From the NCBI GenBank assembly GCA_973851085.1, contig OZ316775.1, positions 13,516,001-13,580,000 on the forward strand: a DNA stretch of 64,000 bases, written 5' to 3'. Below the pieces are notes generated by a model. It saw only the letters and a list, made by a program, of their open reading frames with translations. It ran no database searches and had not been told where the DNA came from. Numbering within the stretch: the first letter of the stretch is position 1; each line of letters starts with the position of its first letter. This document shows positions 39,450 through 53,300 of this stretch, in pieces. This DNA comes from Ptychomitrium polyphyllum. Lineage: Eukaryota. Made by a program: the position numbers and the translations under genes.

Positions 39450-42400
39450 TTATGCAATTAAACCTCGGTCGTTAATCATATTCTTAGCTATACTGTTGAT
39501 AGGCCCTTTACTTCAAGGTACAAAATTAATAGAGTCAGGGAAGACCTCTCCATATACTAGCTGCATCAAGGGCGAAGTTCAGTGGAATGAAATATTCCCA
39601 TTTGTTGAAGCCCACATCAGCTTAGAAATGAAGAGTATGGCTAAGTTAGGCTTGGTCCAAGGTATTGGCTTCTTTCTTGATTTTTGTTTCGTTTGGTTTC
39701 ATTACCTTGTTTTTAGGTCTGCTGCCTCTGTCATTTACCAATCCCTGGATTGACTTCAACTTTTCTTATGATGCTATCTATCCACTTCCATTGCACTTGT
39801 GAATAATCTCCTCTACAAAATATCTATTTGTTTTAGGTTGAAGTTTTTGCATGGCCTTTTGTAGCAAGAATATTTAGCATTTTCCTTCTATTTGTCAATG
39901 ATCAAGTTTGGACTTTGAAGCGACTCTGAAGTTTGGAGCAAACTAGACAAACTTGTAATTTTGTTTTTCACACTGTATAAGAAAATGTAGTGTAGCTTAA
40001 TTTAACAATTTTATAAATAGTTTTTAAAAGTGTGATGGACATGTGCTTATTTATGCTTTGCAATCCATATATCTTCATTGTTTTTCGTTTTCTTGCAAAA
40101 GAAGCCTTTTGGCTTCAAGATTTATCTAATTTTGAAAGTTATATTAGATTTTAGCTATTATAAAATGTGGTCTTCCATCTATCCAGTGCTTTGATTGTTT
40201 GGCTTTGGTTCTTTTAAGGAAGTTTGTACTTAATTGAAGTCTACATTTTGATGGATGGTTTAAATATTTACAATTGTTATTTCAAATGTAGGAATTCCTA
40301 TGCTTATATTCTAAAAAAACTATGTATAAGCTGACATATAGACAAGTAAAAGTTGATAAAATTATCTTTTCTAGGTTGATTTTCTTTGATACAAGTGACA
40401 AACATTATTGATGCAAACCAGGAGCAAGAAGTTGAAATGAAGTTCAAAAAACCATAACATAGGTTGTAAACTAATCCAAGTGAAAATATGGCATATGATT
40501 TTACTGCTTTAGGAGTCAAGGTCCTGCATATCTCCATCATAAATCCCTCCCATTAATACGTGGCAATACTCCTAGAAGGGTGTGTGTAGGCCGTGCACCC
40601 TACAAACAACATCCTCATGGACAAATCGTTCTTGGTTCACGCAAGTTAACAAATAAAACTGGAGTTCTCTCTTGTCTCCTCAGATTTGGTCTTCTACCCA
40701 CGCTGTTTTTGCCTTGCAAGCCTTATGCAGTATTCATTAAAGCTAGTGATTTGTTAATCCTGTTGCTTTGGCTGATTACTGCTGGAAACAAATGGGCACT
40801 CTAGCACGGCCATGGGCACCTCACGTGACACACAACAATGGCAAAATAATGGTAGGGCAAGAGGGAGCTAATTTTTTTGTCCCTGATGCTTTTGTCATAA
40901 TTGACATTATAGTCCTCAATTTCAGGCTCAGGCAAGGGCCCACTTACTGAACCCATCCAAACAATTGTAGCAAAATGTGAAACAAACACTTTGAGCACTT
41001 CAATAATGAGGTCATGTCTTTCACTTTCAGTTAGGATGTGATGGAATAACATTCTAAATTATTAGGGCCACTTTACACCTTCTTTTGTGAAAAATGGAAG
41101 AAGTATTTTTTTATTTAAGACAAGGATATTTTAAGCAAAGGATAATCCATAGGAGAAGATGAAAAAATATTAAAATAATTAAGATGAAAAAAAAATTCTC
41201 CTTAGACAAACTCTTATGTTGTAATTATGTGATCCTCATATAGTTAATATGAAAAGACTTTTTCACAATAGTTGTTGCCATGTAAACGACCATCTTTGAA
41301 TTTCTTATTCATTTTCAAATTGTTTTCCTTGTGGCCAAGGAGACAAGGTAGAAAACCTTATAAGAGAATTTAATTTTTTTGACTAGTCATTAGTTTTCTA
41401 AATACAATAGAAATCTCTACTTCCATGGAAGTTGCAATGCACATGGATTAATTATAAACAATAAGTAAATATTAATATAAGAATTAACTTTTAAACATTA
41501 CAAATCTACAATTCCAAAAGCTAATTCCAATATTAATATGTACTTGTTGTATTTAAAACTATAATAAAATTAGAACTATACAACATTCAAATAATTTTAA
41601 GTGATGAAATTTTTATTGATACTAGACTTGTCAGTATATTCTTAAGGGCCAAATTCATAGAACAAAGCCCATTTTGGTGGAGTTGTAGCTTTGTTTTTGA
41701 GCATTATTGTCATTAAAATTTTAACTTCTAACAAGGTGATAGAAAATGTAAATCTTTAATAACATTTTAATTCCTAATAATAAGTTCCAAGTGAAACATT
41801 AACAATAAATTATGTTTTGTGTCCACAAGAATTCAACACCATGTTAAAGTATTTTTGCAATGTAAGTTGCTTTCAAAGTTGATTTCCACTTAAAAGATAA
41901 ATAAGCCCATTTAGATAACAGATAGTGGTTGTTTTTCCTTATCCTTGGCAAATTTGTATGACAAAATTGGTCTAAATTTAAGTTGTAAAGAATAACCTTT
42001 GAATGTAACTTTAAAAGTATTGATTCCTCTACCTCCAATTTGTAACATAATCATTAAAATTTGAGTATCCTTCTATAGATTTTCATTCCAAGTTGATCCA
42101 TTTAAAACTACTTTTAGTGATAAAAGAATCCAACTTCATTAAAGAGGTGAATATGCCATGGTAAAGGTTGTGAAAGTCGAAGTGGTTAATTTAATAATTA
42201 TAATAAAGAATTTAAATATGGCATAGCATCTTAAAGCTCTACAAATTTCCAAAAATAATGCTATTTAGATGTGTTATACATTTACTTTTGAATATTAATA
42301 TTATCCTTTTAAAAAAGGATATTAAAAACATTTATAAAATTCTTATAAAAATACAATTGGTAAAATAAGTGGATTCTTTTCTATAGTGGACCAAGATTAA

Positions 42401-43350
42401 AATATAATAGGTTGTTATCCTATACAACTATTTGCCATTCTTATAGATCACATTAATAAAAAAGTCATAATAATTGTAAAATGAGAAGAAAATGTAAGTT
42501 TTTGTTATTGAAAATTCTCACAATAATTGTAACTAAGCCTCTAGCGCTGTCCTCATTAAATTTGTATATAAAGTAGGCTAAATCATGTAAACCAATCAAA
42601 AATTAAAAGATTGGATTTCAAAATATTTTAAAATGAAAAAGAAAAATTATGTTAATTTGGATATATAAATGCAATTTGAATAAAATTTAGTTAAAGATAT
42701 CTTATTGCAATATTGTAACGTTATTTTGAATACTTCATATTAAAATAAGTATGAAGATTGGAATAAATTCTTGCTTTAATGCAGATATTGATTTAAAAAT
42801 AATAGCAATAAAAGTTGTCCTTAGAGAGTTTCTACATACTTCTATTAAATAAGGATTGAATACTTCATAGGCTTCATATTCTAAATCCAAGAAGGCCTAA
42901 TTACATTAAGAATTGCTTCACACTTTTTCTTATTACCTATGGAACAATAAACTTTTTCATATTTAGAAGGTTTTTGCAATATGATTAATTCAACTTTTCA
43001 GGTTTTCATATAGGTGTTATACCTTATCCATTGCCTAAGAGAGAAACAATTTGAAAATGGATAAAAACATGAGGTGACTCCTTATATAGGAATAATCATT
43101 GCCAGAATGACTTCTCTTATTAATAGTCCTTTTGAAACACTGTTAGAATGACAACCACAAGAGTTGGTCCATGGGGATTTTTTTTCTCATCTTCTTTTGA
43201 TATTTTCTCATTTTCTCTAGGGACTTATCTTTTGCATAAATACCCATGTCTTGGGCTGAAACATTTTTGCTTGTCCCACAGGACAAGACATGAAGCAGCC
43301 TTAACTCACCCTGAGAATACAACCACACACTGAACCTGTCCTCCACTGTG
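39450..43350 (-). pseudogene. Decayed protein-coding relic, possibly LRR-ROC-COR (ROCO/TORNADO1-like)
   Basis: Stop-interrupted, protein-like minus-strand fragments in an order collinear with ROCO architecture (details in findings). Recognised by eye; similarity is weak. Confidence 0.3.
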
Positions 43351-43647
43351 GCACATCTCTATACATTCCTGTAACCAAATTTTGAAGTGCATGTGGATCA
43401 GTAGCATGGCTATGTTCATCCGTAAATGTCATGCAATCTTGCCTGAGCAATTTGAACTGCCTTATTGTGGAAACCAGAAAGGACTGTTTGAGACTTGAGC
43501 CGTATGTGCGCACTATAAATTGCCATGAAACCTGGATCTGCTCTCACCAACCTCAATATTGTTAAACATTATGCATCCTGGATGCAAGTGTTGGATTTAG
43601 GTACTCTCTGGATTTCTCCTTTTGGCTAAGATTGTTACCTGCTGCTT

Positions 43648-43719
43648 CAGCTTCACTGATAGTAGGGTCAGCTGCACCGATAGTAAGGTCAGCTACACTG
43701 ATAGTAGGTCAGCTACACC
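43648..43719. repeat. 21-bp tandem repeat CAGCT(T/G/A)CAC(T/C)GATAGTA(G/A)GGT, ~3.5 copies
   Basis: Units start at 43648, 43669, 43690 (1-nt deletion) and 43710 (partial). Confidence 0.9.
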
Positions 43720-45344
43720 ACTTTTAAGGTACAGCGACCCAAAACCGATAGCACCAAAAATCATTTTTTTGTATTTGGTTTCAAAAAGTAACAAAGCATA
43801 AATTTGTAGGCAATGTATATATTGGATTAGAATCAACTTATATATTTAGTTTGGGAGCATTATTAACTTTTCACTTTAAAAATTGGAATAATTTCAAAAT
43901 TGGTGATAAAAATGTGAAATTTTGGTATTTTTAATGATCTTTATTATGTTGTTGAAGAAAAATATTACTTTTCCTACATTGCTACTCCACATAACATGTA
44001 GAAATGTCTAAATTACTAATTCAAGATTGTTGTACATTTCTATTCATGTGGTTTGACCATCTTTAATGCAAGCCTTCAAAAAGGAAAAGAATTAAAAATA
44101 AGCTCTTTAACAAGTGAGTAGTTCAAGCATTATTTTAAGTTCTTTCATGACAAAGTAAAAACTTCCATTCCTTGATACATTCAACTTTCATCATTAAAAA
44201 TCCTATAATATCTTACCTTATAGTTAAAATAAAATAAAAACTTAAAAATATTATAATTGGAAGTGTAGTGAAAAAGATATGTTTGCTAAAGGGAACAATT
44301 TAACTTTAATCAAAGGGTGCCTAATATAAGTTTAGAAAGGCCTTATCAAAGTGTGTAGATTTGGTATAAAAACAAGAATTTTTTATGAACTTGCCAAATT
44401 ATGTAAAAGTAATGAGTTTACATAGTGGGGATTTATTTTGAAGAAAAATTATTTTGAAACAAATTTGCAACATTGAAATGACATCAATAGACAACTTCTC
44501 ATATTGGTGTTATTTTGATGTAATTTTGATAATAAAATGATACAGGTTGAAATGATGCCAAAATGACATTAAAATTGAATAAAACATCATTTTTGATGTC
44601 ATAGAACCTATGCCATTTTTAAATCATTTGACATTCATACAATTAAAAAATAAATTGATATCATTTTGAAAGAATATAAATCTTTTTTATGAAATTTCGA
44701 TGTCATCAAATTAATATTGGATATCATACCGTATGTCAAATACAAAAGAGAATTTGTGATGCAGTAGCCCCAATCTCATGCAATTTTTTTTATAAAATTA
44801 ACCTGGGGAATATTTCAACAAAAAGATGAATAATAATCTAGAATATAAACAAAATAATCATTTACATATAAATAACAAAAGTGGTCAAGGAACTACGGTA
44901 TTGCATCTAAAACCATATCTACATGTTCAAATTCAATCCCAGTACTTCGTATCCAATGTAAACCAATTATTACAAACATGAACATTTGCTTCTGAGGTCA
45001 GTCAAAGTCACAAAATGCAAATTAAAGTTTGAATTCCACATAAAAAGGAAGGCTTTCATGATTCCAGCCAAGCAACTCAAACTCAGAAGGTGATTGATAC
45101 CACTTTCTAGGTGTGAGTTGGTTTTGTAGGGTCGGCTCTCCCGTTTTCTACTTGTAAAAGTTTTAAAAAGGTGGAGCTGGTCCTAGTAGATCTTTGTGAC
45201 CAATTTCAGATCACTGAAGACCACATCAGCCATTTAAGTGAGCTGGACAGGTGAGATGGACCATCATCTCCATGGAACACCTTTTCTAAAGCCGAGATAT
45301 ATAAAACAAAAGCCTACACTAAAAAGCATCGCAGTAGGAATCAA

Positions 45345-48300
45345 CTATCTATCTTCTACATCAAACATGTTCAACACTCGCGACACAAGGAACTCCATAT
45401 CCTCTTTATGCCGAGTCAAACCCATCCCTCCGGAGAACAAGAGGTAGTTCTCCACGTCAGAGATGTTGTCCAGCATCTTCATCAGAAGCGAAGGCAAATC
45501 TTTATTAGAAAACAAATCTTTGAATTCTTCGTCCCGACTCAGAAGACAAAATATGAGCTCGAGTACATATCTCCGAGTTCTGGGCAGTCTTGTCGTCGAA
45601 GGAGCATGGCTCAAACACTCCAGCAAACAGTCCACTACTCGGTTCCGGCTCACTCCCGGAGTCTCAAACAAGCTGCTAAATTCTTGGTTGCTGAGAGAGG
45701 GTAAGGCTCTGGTCAGCCCCAGGGCAGCCTCCCGCACCCGCCTATTACTGCATGAGATCACCCGCTTCAAGAGAAACTCACTGTGCTGTAACACTTCTTT
45801 CTGCATTGCGGGTGACATGTACATGAATGTGCCACGAAGGATCTGTGCCGCTAGAATACCCAGCTCCTCGTCTTGCTCGTCTTTAAGCATCTCGAGCAGA
45901 GCCGTGGAGGCTCGCAAGTGTGGTTCTCTAAACCGCGTTCGTAAGATGCGGTTGCAGTTCTCTATGTTTTGAAGCGCAAGTCGCATTAACACTGTACCAG
46001 CTTTTTGTGCAAGTTTTACTTCCTCCTGCAAAATCAAAGCAAAATTTGAATATAATAATGAGGGATTATGCTTAATGTAGTCTGAACTTGGAGTTTTGGA
46101 CTGTAATAAGGAATTCCTTGCACTGGTTCTAAAATGTTACGATAAGCCACCTTCTTTAAGCTACCAGAGCACAAAAACAGCTAAAAGAAGGTTTCAATAT
46201 CCCATATTTCATACTCTGATTATGTCCTCACTTATTCCTGATAGTTTGTGACTCTGGTTAGAAATCTGGAACATTGAAGTGCAAATTTCTTCACCCAGCC
46301 TATCCTACACAAGCAAGGTATGTGTTGATAGGAGATTGTTTTCTTCTTACCTTGACGGCACCATCTATAGCAGATGTTTCACAGTGAAGAAACGGCATCA
46401 GATGCAGCGGTCTTCTCGTGAACAACAACATCAAGTTCGAGATGACTCCCCCCGTGGTGCCAATGATCTCCCGCGAGTGCTTGTCCAAGGCAAGATTGTT
46501 GAGTACATCCACCGCATGTTCGTGCAAATCCGTTGATATTTCCGTCGGCAGAGTGTGCAAAATGTTGCGCAAATGAGGGATTGCCGACACAACATTCACA
46601 ATCGCAGAACGCAAAGTGCTGCCTGAGCGGCCTGTAGTACTAGCCAACATTCTGAGCAGTTGCAGACTTTGGCGAATGGTTTTACAGCCCTCTGCAGTAG
46701 AAATACCACTCCCATGTCCATGAATATTGATGAAGTCCACCAGTATCGCAAAAAGACCCCGTGTTTCTCCAATGCGGAGGCACTTCGCATGGTCTAGTGC
46801 AAGGCACTTGAGTATGCCCAGCCCGTAGGTGCGAAGCTCAATGACTTCTCGTTGTGGCGGTGCTGCATTGTTTCCTATCAATAAAAAGTTAAATCTCATT
46901 ATCAGGTGAGCGTGCTCTTTGTGAACATGTAATTTGATTTTATTCTGGAATGTTAACCAAAGTGAGTGCAAAGAATACCTTCAACATAGAGAAGCCTGTC
47001 GACATCATCCCATTGAATGAGGGACATAATATTTTCCAAGGAACCAGACACTGCAATCACACGGGAACCATTCCGTGCGCTTGATACCAAAGCCTTCACA
47101 ATGGCAGCTGAATTCAGACGAATCTCCTTCTCGTCTTTGTGGTGCCATACGAGCATCTCTACTAACCTGTCTATCGCACCTGCCACCAGGAGTAAAAGAA
47201 GTATATCGATTAATCTTGAATACTGTTAGATGATTGGACACACATTTGGAGCCTTTCAAAGATCAACAGAAAGCAATGCAATTGTCACAGTCTGTAAGAA
47301 TTGGTGCTCACCTGGTGTGATGCCAATGCGGCGCAGCGTGTCACCTTGGAAAACATGAGACCTTTCCACAAATGCCTTGAGGATTCTTGAGCCGCCTAGG
47401 ACTTCCTGGTGGTCGTTACTTTGTAAGAGCTCCATGCTGTATGACACCAGATCCATCTCTAACCCTGCGAAAACACTTGTCGCCAAGCTCCTGGAATATA
47501 CCTGACATACATGATCGCCACACAACACAATAAGCAGCTGCATAGCAATTCGAGTTTCGCCCTCTACACCACTTAAGATAATTCAACTCACAAGGGAGAC
47601 GTTACCTGATAGAAGAACGATCTTATTGTGCCGATGCATTCGCCCTTGAGCTGAGCTTTCTTGTCTACTCTTTCGAACAGCCTCTGATAACTGATCTTAT
47701 ACTCCCAATACATCTTCTCAACAAGAAAGACGAAGGCCTCGACAAACGCCATCGCATAGAAAGCGTATAAACTGTACTCAACGACACCCTTCAAACTGTC
47801 GGGAGCACCTGCGTCCATGGCCAGAAAATCGTGCAATACGAAGCGCCACAGCGACAAGGTGAGACACAGGAGGGCGGAGAGGACTTGGCAGACATAGAGG
47901 AACGTTGCCATGCTCTTGGCTGACACGTGCTGTGTGTAGGGCAAGAGAGGAAGGATGGATGCTGACCATCTCCTCGTTACATACTTCGACCTCAAGGTAG
48001 CGGCAATTCTTTGCGCTCGTTTGGGCGTCTGATCGACGGGAGAGAGCACCTGGGACAGCGGTGCGCCATGGCCTGGAACGGCGTTGTGCCTATGCCACTG
48101 CGGCCACGGCGATGGCGAGTGCGCGGGTGTGTCATCGCTGCAGCTGTTGTGAACTGGAGAAAGATCAATAAGACCTGAACATTGCATAAGAAAGTAAACA
48201 AAAGGGTCCCCGAATGGCTATGACAGCTATGGGTAGTAAATTTTCTCGATGAGATCAATTTCAAGCACTTAGGGTTACAAAGACGAGCGAAGCGATGAGA

Positions 48301-48929
48301 GAATCACCTGCGACGATACGGCTGCTCTTGTGAGCGAAATTTGACCCGAACTCGCACAGTGAGAACGACGAACGCGACCTAGCTTGCTGCCACTCCAGTT
48401 CATTCGACAGCAGGAAAATCCTGGAGCCTTCGGTTAATAACAAGATCGTAACCACCCAGAAATCAGTCCGGCTCACGTACGCGCTGAACCCACCAAGCAG
48501 CACCACCGTCGCCCACACAAACGTTAGCGCCCCCACGCCGCGCGCTGTCTTCTCCAGAATCGTCAGCCGGAAAGCGAACAACGTGACGGCCTGCTCCGGC
48601 GCCCAGGCGTCTTTCTCAACCTCCGACTTCGGACTACTTCTACTGTTAGAAAATTTCAAGGAGCTATCAGCCGAAAAAACGTTGGCAGGACTCCTGCGCC
48701 GTCCGTATTTCCATTCCTCGCTATCCGTGTCGATCTCGCTAGTGTTGAGGTCCACGCGAGCAGAGGAATCAGGGCTCTCTAATGCAAGCGCCCGGTCGGA
48801 ACAATCAGAGATTGAGATCGAGATGTCGCCAGTCTTGTTCAGCCTCCTTCCACCAGACGATCTTCTTCGCAACCGCTGCACCGCAATCCCCGCAAACGCA
48901 ACCTTCCGAATTCTCTTGTCCGCCGACAT
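45345..48929 (-). CDS. Uncharacterised plant N-terminal transmembrane + ARM-repeat protein (BLE2-like family), 928 aa
   Basis: Exons (minus) 48929-48308, 48174-47606, 47501-47312, 47179-46979, 46874-46351, 46025-45345; phase-consistent, 2787 nt. Family signature APEQAVTLFAFRLTILEKTARGVGALTFVWATVVLLGGF..DFWVVTILLLTEGSRIF..ELEWQ. ARM-like helices AIDRLVEMLVW and GLGILKCLALDHAKCLRIGETRGL. C-terminal ENYLLFSGGMGL. Confidence 0.9.
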
Positions 48930-50328
48930 CTGAGCGCATTTGGCGACGGAGTTCCACTAGATCACCCAAAATATGGCTCTCCGAGTTTGAGCCCGAGTCT
49001 GGTCTCTCGTTGAAAACAAGCCTCGTGCTTCTTTATGCTTTCAATCGCCTAACACGATTCCGACTGCAGCGATCGACCTTGCTATGGCGAAGGATTCATC
49101 GAATGTCAGTGGAATGCTGTGACTTGGATTCCAGTCTGCTTACCGACATTCAAGATGTTCAAAGCTGCAGAAATAGGTGTTGAACCACTGCTGTGAATTA
49201 CGAACATCCCTTGTGCAACAAGTACTCATACTAAGTTTAGCAAGTTCCTAGTTTCTTCCTGTCAGTGAGTGGTTCTCGATGTTTGCGAAATTTTAATCTA
49301 TTTTATAGATTAATGACGAGGGCGAGTGTCCAGTGGGACGAGTGTCCATGCTTGAGCGTCAATGAGCTCATATATCATTATTTCAGAGATGCTGGCAACT
49401 TCACGAGTGATCACCCAGCTGTCGGTAATTTGAATTTAAACTGGAAATGAAACAAACATGGAAGAGCGATCGGCCGCTTTCAAGTTTAATCACAGTATTG
49501 TAAAAAGCTGATATGACATACAGGTTTCATAACTCCAAATTGTATCAATCCTATCCTTTCAGATACACTGCCCATCATCTAAGCATTTAGTTGCAACCTT
49601 GCACAACGTACACAGCTTTAAACAATTAACCATAATAATTATACCACTGGTCATCTTTGAATGATGTACAAATAATCACTTCCTCCCTTGACGAGTTTAC
49701 AAGGGCCATGGGGATTGAGAATTGACCAAGCCGTAGCTGCAAACCTAGTACCCCTGGAGCTGGTTAGGTCCCATACTTTTGAGAATAATGTTCAAGACCC
49801 CCAGAATCCAGATTTTTGATCACTGGGAGGCTGACTATCACGTTTACATGATTCTTAATTAGTTTACTCGCCTAACTTCTCTCAATTAATAGAGAAACTA
49901 TGGGATGAGTTCCAATCCAACCCATGGCCTGTCTACTCTAGATTACGAAGCTTAAATTGAGTTCAATGTCGAAAACTTGCATCAAACTGATTGCGGGGTA
50001 GTACCATGCTTGTAGTAGAGTACACTGGTCGCTGAATCTTGAAGCATCATCATCATCATCATCATTTTCTCATCGAGATCCAAGTCAAAACTGCCGTCAC
50101 TCTCCCCCCCACAATCAAAACCGGCAATTACAGAGCCGAAATCTTTTCTAATGTCTACGCTGGAACTGTGTGCAGCAGCTTGAGCTGAATTCGGAACTGG
50201 CCAAAGAATGAAGAGGCTGCGTGAAGTGACTCGTTTCATGACCTGGCTATCTTGTTGAATAGCTAGGATTTGGATAAGTTGGATAGATTATTGAATAGAT
50301 TATTAAATAGGAATTAGCTAAACTAATC

Positions 50329-53300
50329 TCAAAACGTGCTGCACTGTTGTGGCTCCCCAGTTATGGAATCCACGGTAACAACGGCGGTTTTCTCACACGG
50401 CAGCACATCTTGGCCCAGCTTCGCTCCCGCGGATTTCAATCCCTTCAAAGTGGTCGCTTGGTTGAAGAGGTTCAGAACCGGCAGCTTCGATGCGGACGGA
50501 AGTTTCTGCTTCGGCAGCAGGGGGCGAAAATCGTCCTGCCATCTCCAAACCATCAATCATAAGAAAACAGTGAGCTAACCATCAAAGAAATCATCAAAGC
50601 TTATCTTCCAAAGAATTCGTGATATAATCTCTTTCTTTTGAAAAATTGCTTACATAGAGTAGAGGTACAACGAAGTCTTCTCTCTTGTGCTTCACGACGT
50701 TATCTGTCGCATTGATGTGCGCACCCGGTTCCATGTGGTTGGTGGAAAAACTTGTCTGGTTTGGGAAATTCGGGTACAACGTTACATAACCGCGGAGGTA
50801 CATCAAGTCGATCAAAAACTTCTTCCACGAAGCCTGCAAACACCATCGAAGTCTTAGACTCCAAGAACAGGGTTGAAGAAGAGGTCGACTTCACATACAC
50901 ACGATCGTGACGAGCATCGAGAAATGCGATTTCATACCTGCCAGCCATTTGTCCTGGAGTGCGGAATTTGAACGGGATTTTGTTTTGCGTTTGAAGTGAA
51001 ACGCATTCCCATGTATTTGTAAAACTCTCGCCATCGCTTGGGGAAAAACAACGCGCCCCAGCTGCACGGGAGTTGGTGCAAGTAGGGCGTATTAGGGTGG
51101 ATCATTTTGAAGAAATCGGTGCCATTCCAGCGAGGGCGCTCCTTGACGACCTCCACCACGCGAGGAGTGTACAACGCGATGGCGTTAAGCTCCGGGAGGT
51201 GCACTGTGGGGTCGTAGTGGTACGCGAGCAAAGCGTATTTGAGCCACATGTAGTAGAAAGGGGAGACTTCGATGTCGTCTTCCAAGAGTAAACCGAAGTC
51301 GTCGTCGGATGCGGGGTACCAGCTCTCGCTGACCGCGCGGATAAGCCCGCCCTGGATGATGCGCCGCTTCACTGCTTTCATGCCATGCGGCCAATTGAAG
51401 GAATGAACAACATGCAGCGTTTCCGCATCCACCTTGCTGTCCATGTTGAAATTGATGGAAATCTTGTCACCAAGATAGTGTGCGTTCGTTAGAGAGTCCA
51501 ACAAGCGAGTGAGCGACGCTGGCCGTGTCTGCGTGATGATGCTGATGGAGATTTTCATCTTGTTCCAATCTGCCACGAAGGAAATCATTCATAAGAATTG
51601 TGTCTACAGGCGACGTGAACATAAGAAGAACTGAAATCGATCGAGAGGGGCTAGAGAGATGATGGCAGCGGCTTACATTGCAAGGCGACGGATCGAATAT
51701 CAGGGATCCAGAGCGCGTAAGGGACAGCCGACGGTGGAATTTCCACCAAAGTGGCAGCGAACCTCGTGACAGCCAGCGTTAACGCTTCTCGCACAGAAGG
51801 AGCAATCGTGTTCGTCGTGATGACGAGCGACGGCCCGTGGATTTGCATCAGTCCATTCATAGTTGCCAACACTTCGTGTATGAAAGAGGGATCCATTCGC
51901 TTCTTCCGCGACTCGTTCCCAATTTCGAGGTTGAATATCTTGAAGCGCCGCTCGTAGCACACAGAAGGCGACCAACTAAGAATGGTGGCAGCCTCCTCGC
52001 ATGAGCACTGCATACCACCCGTGACAGCCACGAAGGCCTTCTTACCTGGCGTGCTGCGGAACTTGAGGATAAGAGGGGCTAACGCGCGCACCTCGTCAAG
52101 CGTGTCAGCGAAGAAAATGACGTCGCTCGTCTGGGGGTTCATTGCTGCCCACTGCGTCACGTAGCCCCGCGACATCGTCCTCCACCATTGGTCATCCCGA
52201 ACCTAACCCACACCATTGTTGCAACCTTTTTCTCAACAAATACTCCTCCTATTGCAAATCAACACAGAAGTGATTTTAGAAAAGATCGTTACCTGGACGA
52301 TGTCTTTATGGATCACAGTTGTTTCTGAGACATACGCCAGACGGTGCTCACGATCGCCCCACGTCTCTTTGTTACGAGGATCCACCGGCAAGACAAAAGA
52401 ACCTCCGCCCTTGTACTTTTGCAAGAGGTAGCTGCATTGCGAGATTTTTTTTAAGAAAAGCCAGACCCAACAGAAATTCAAAAGAAAAACAAGCAAATGG
52501 GAAATTTCGACTTCGAAATGCCCACCTTAAATGTAAGTCTTCTCCCGTGACGAAAGTGAAGGGCTGCTCGATGAAGAGCGATCGGATGAGATCGGTGGAG
52601 AGGAACCACGAGCTGGAGAGAAAATCGACATGCACGACGCGGTCGACGACGATGTTGTACGCAGGGTCAGGGAGATAGATGCCAGCCTCTTTCGAACCAA
52701 ACTTTCGGTAGCTCGGGAACGTGAAGTCCTTCTGGCGGAAAGGGAGGATGCGGCCGATGCTGCCCAGCACCGCGTTGCGGTACTTGTCCGTCCCGCCTGC
52801 GTGGGACAGAATCTCAAGCATGCGCCGCCCCGGGATCATGTCGTCATCGAGCATGTAGACAAAATCCGCGCCCTCCGTCTGCAACGCCAGTTGGAATCGG
52901 CCGTAGTACTTGAAATCGTAAGTGGAGCCCACGAAGGTAATGCGGCTGTCGTTGTAGGTTTCCACGATGGAGCGAAGCTGGTCCTGCTGGGGACTGCCGA
53001 AAGCGAGCACCCAGACGTTGTGGAACGGAAGCGTCTGCTGTAGCAGCGAATCGAGCTGCGCACACAGCGTCTTCCGTTGGAAATGATTAAGAACTACGGT
53101 CACCTTCGCCCCGGTCGATGTGGATGGCAACGCCATCAACTCGTCCAGCGTCTCGCACCCCCTTGTCTTCTGTTGGAACGCCATCACCTCCCTACAAGAA
53201 GAAAACAAGCACACCAGAATTCATCAGCATTACATACGAGCACCCCCCCTCCCCCCCGGACATAATGGACATGGAAGGATTGATTTAGGAAGGGCATACT

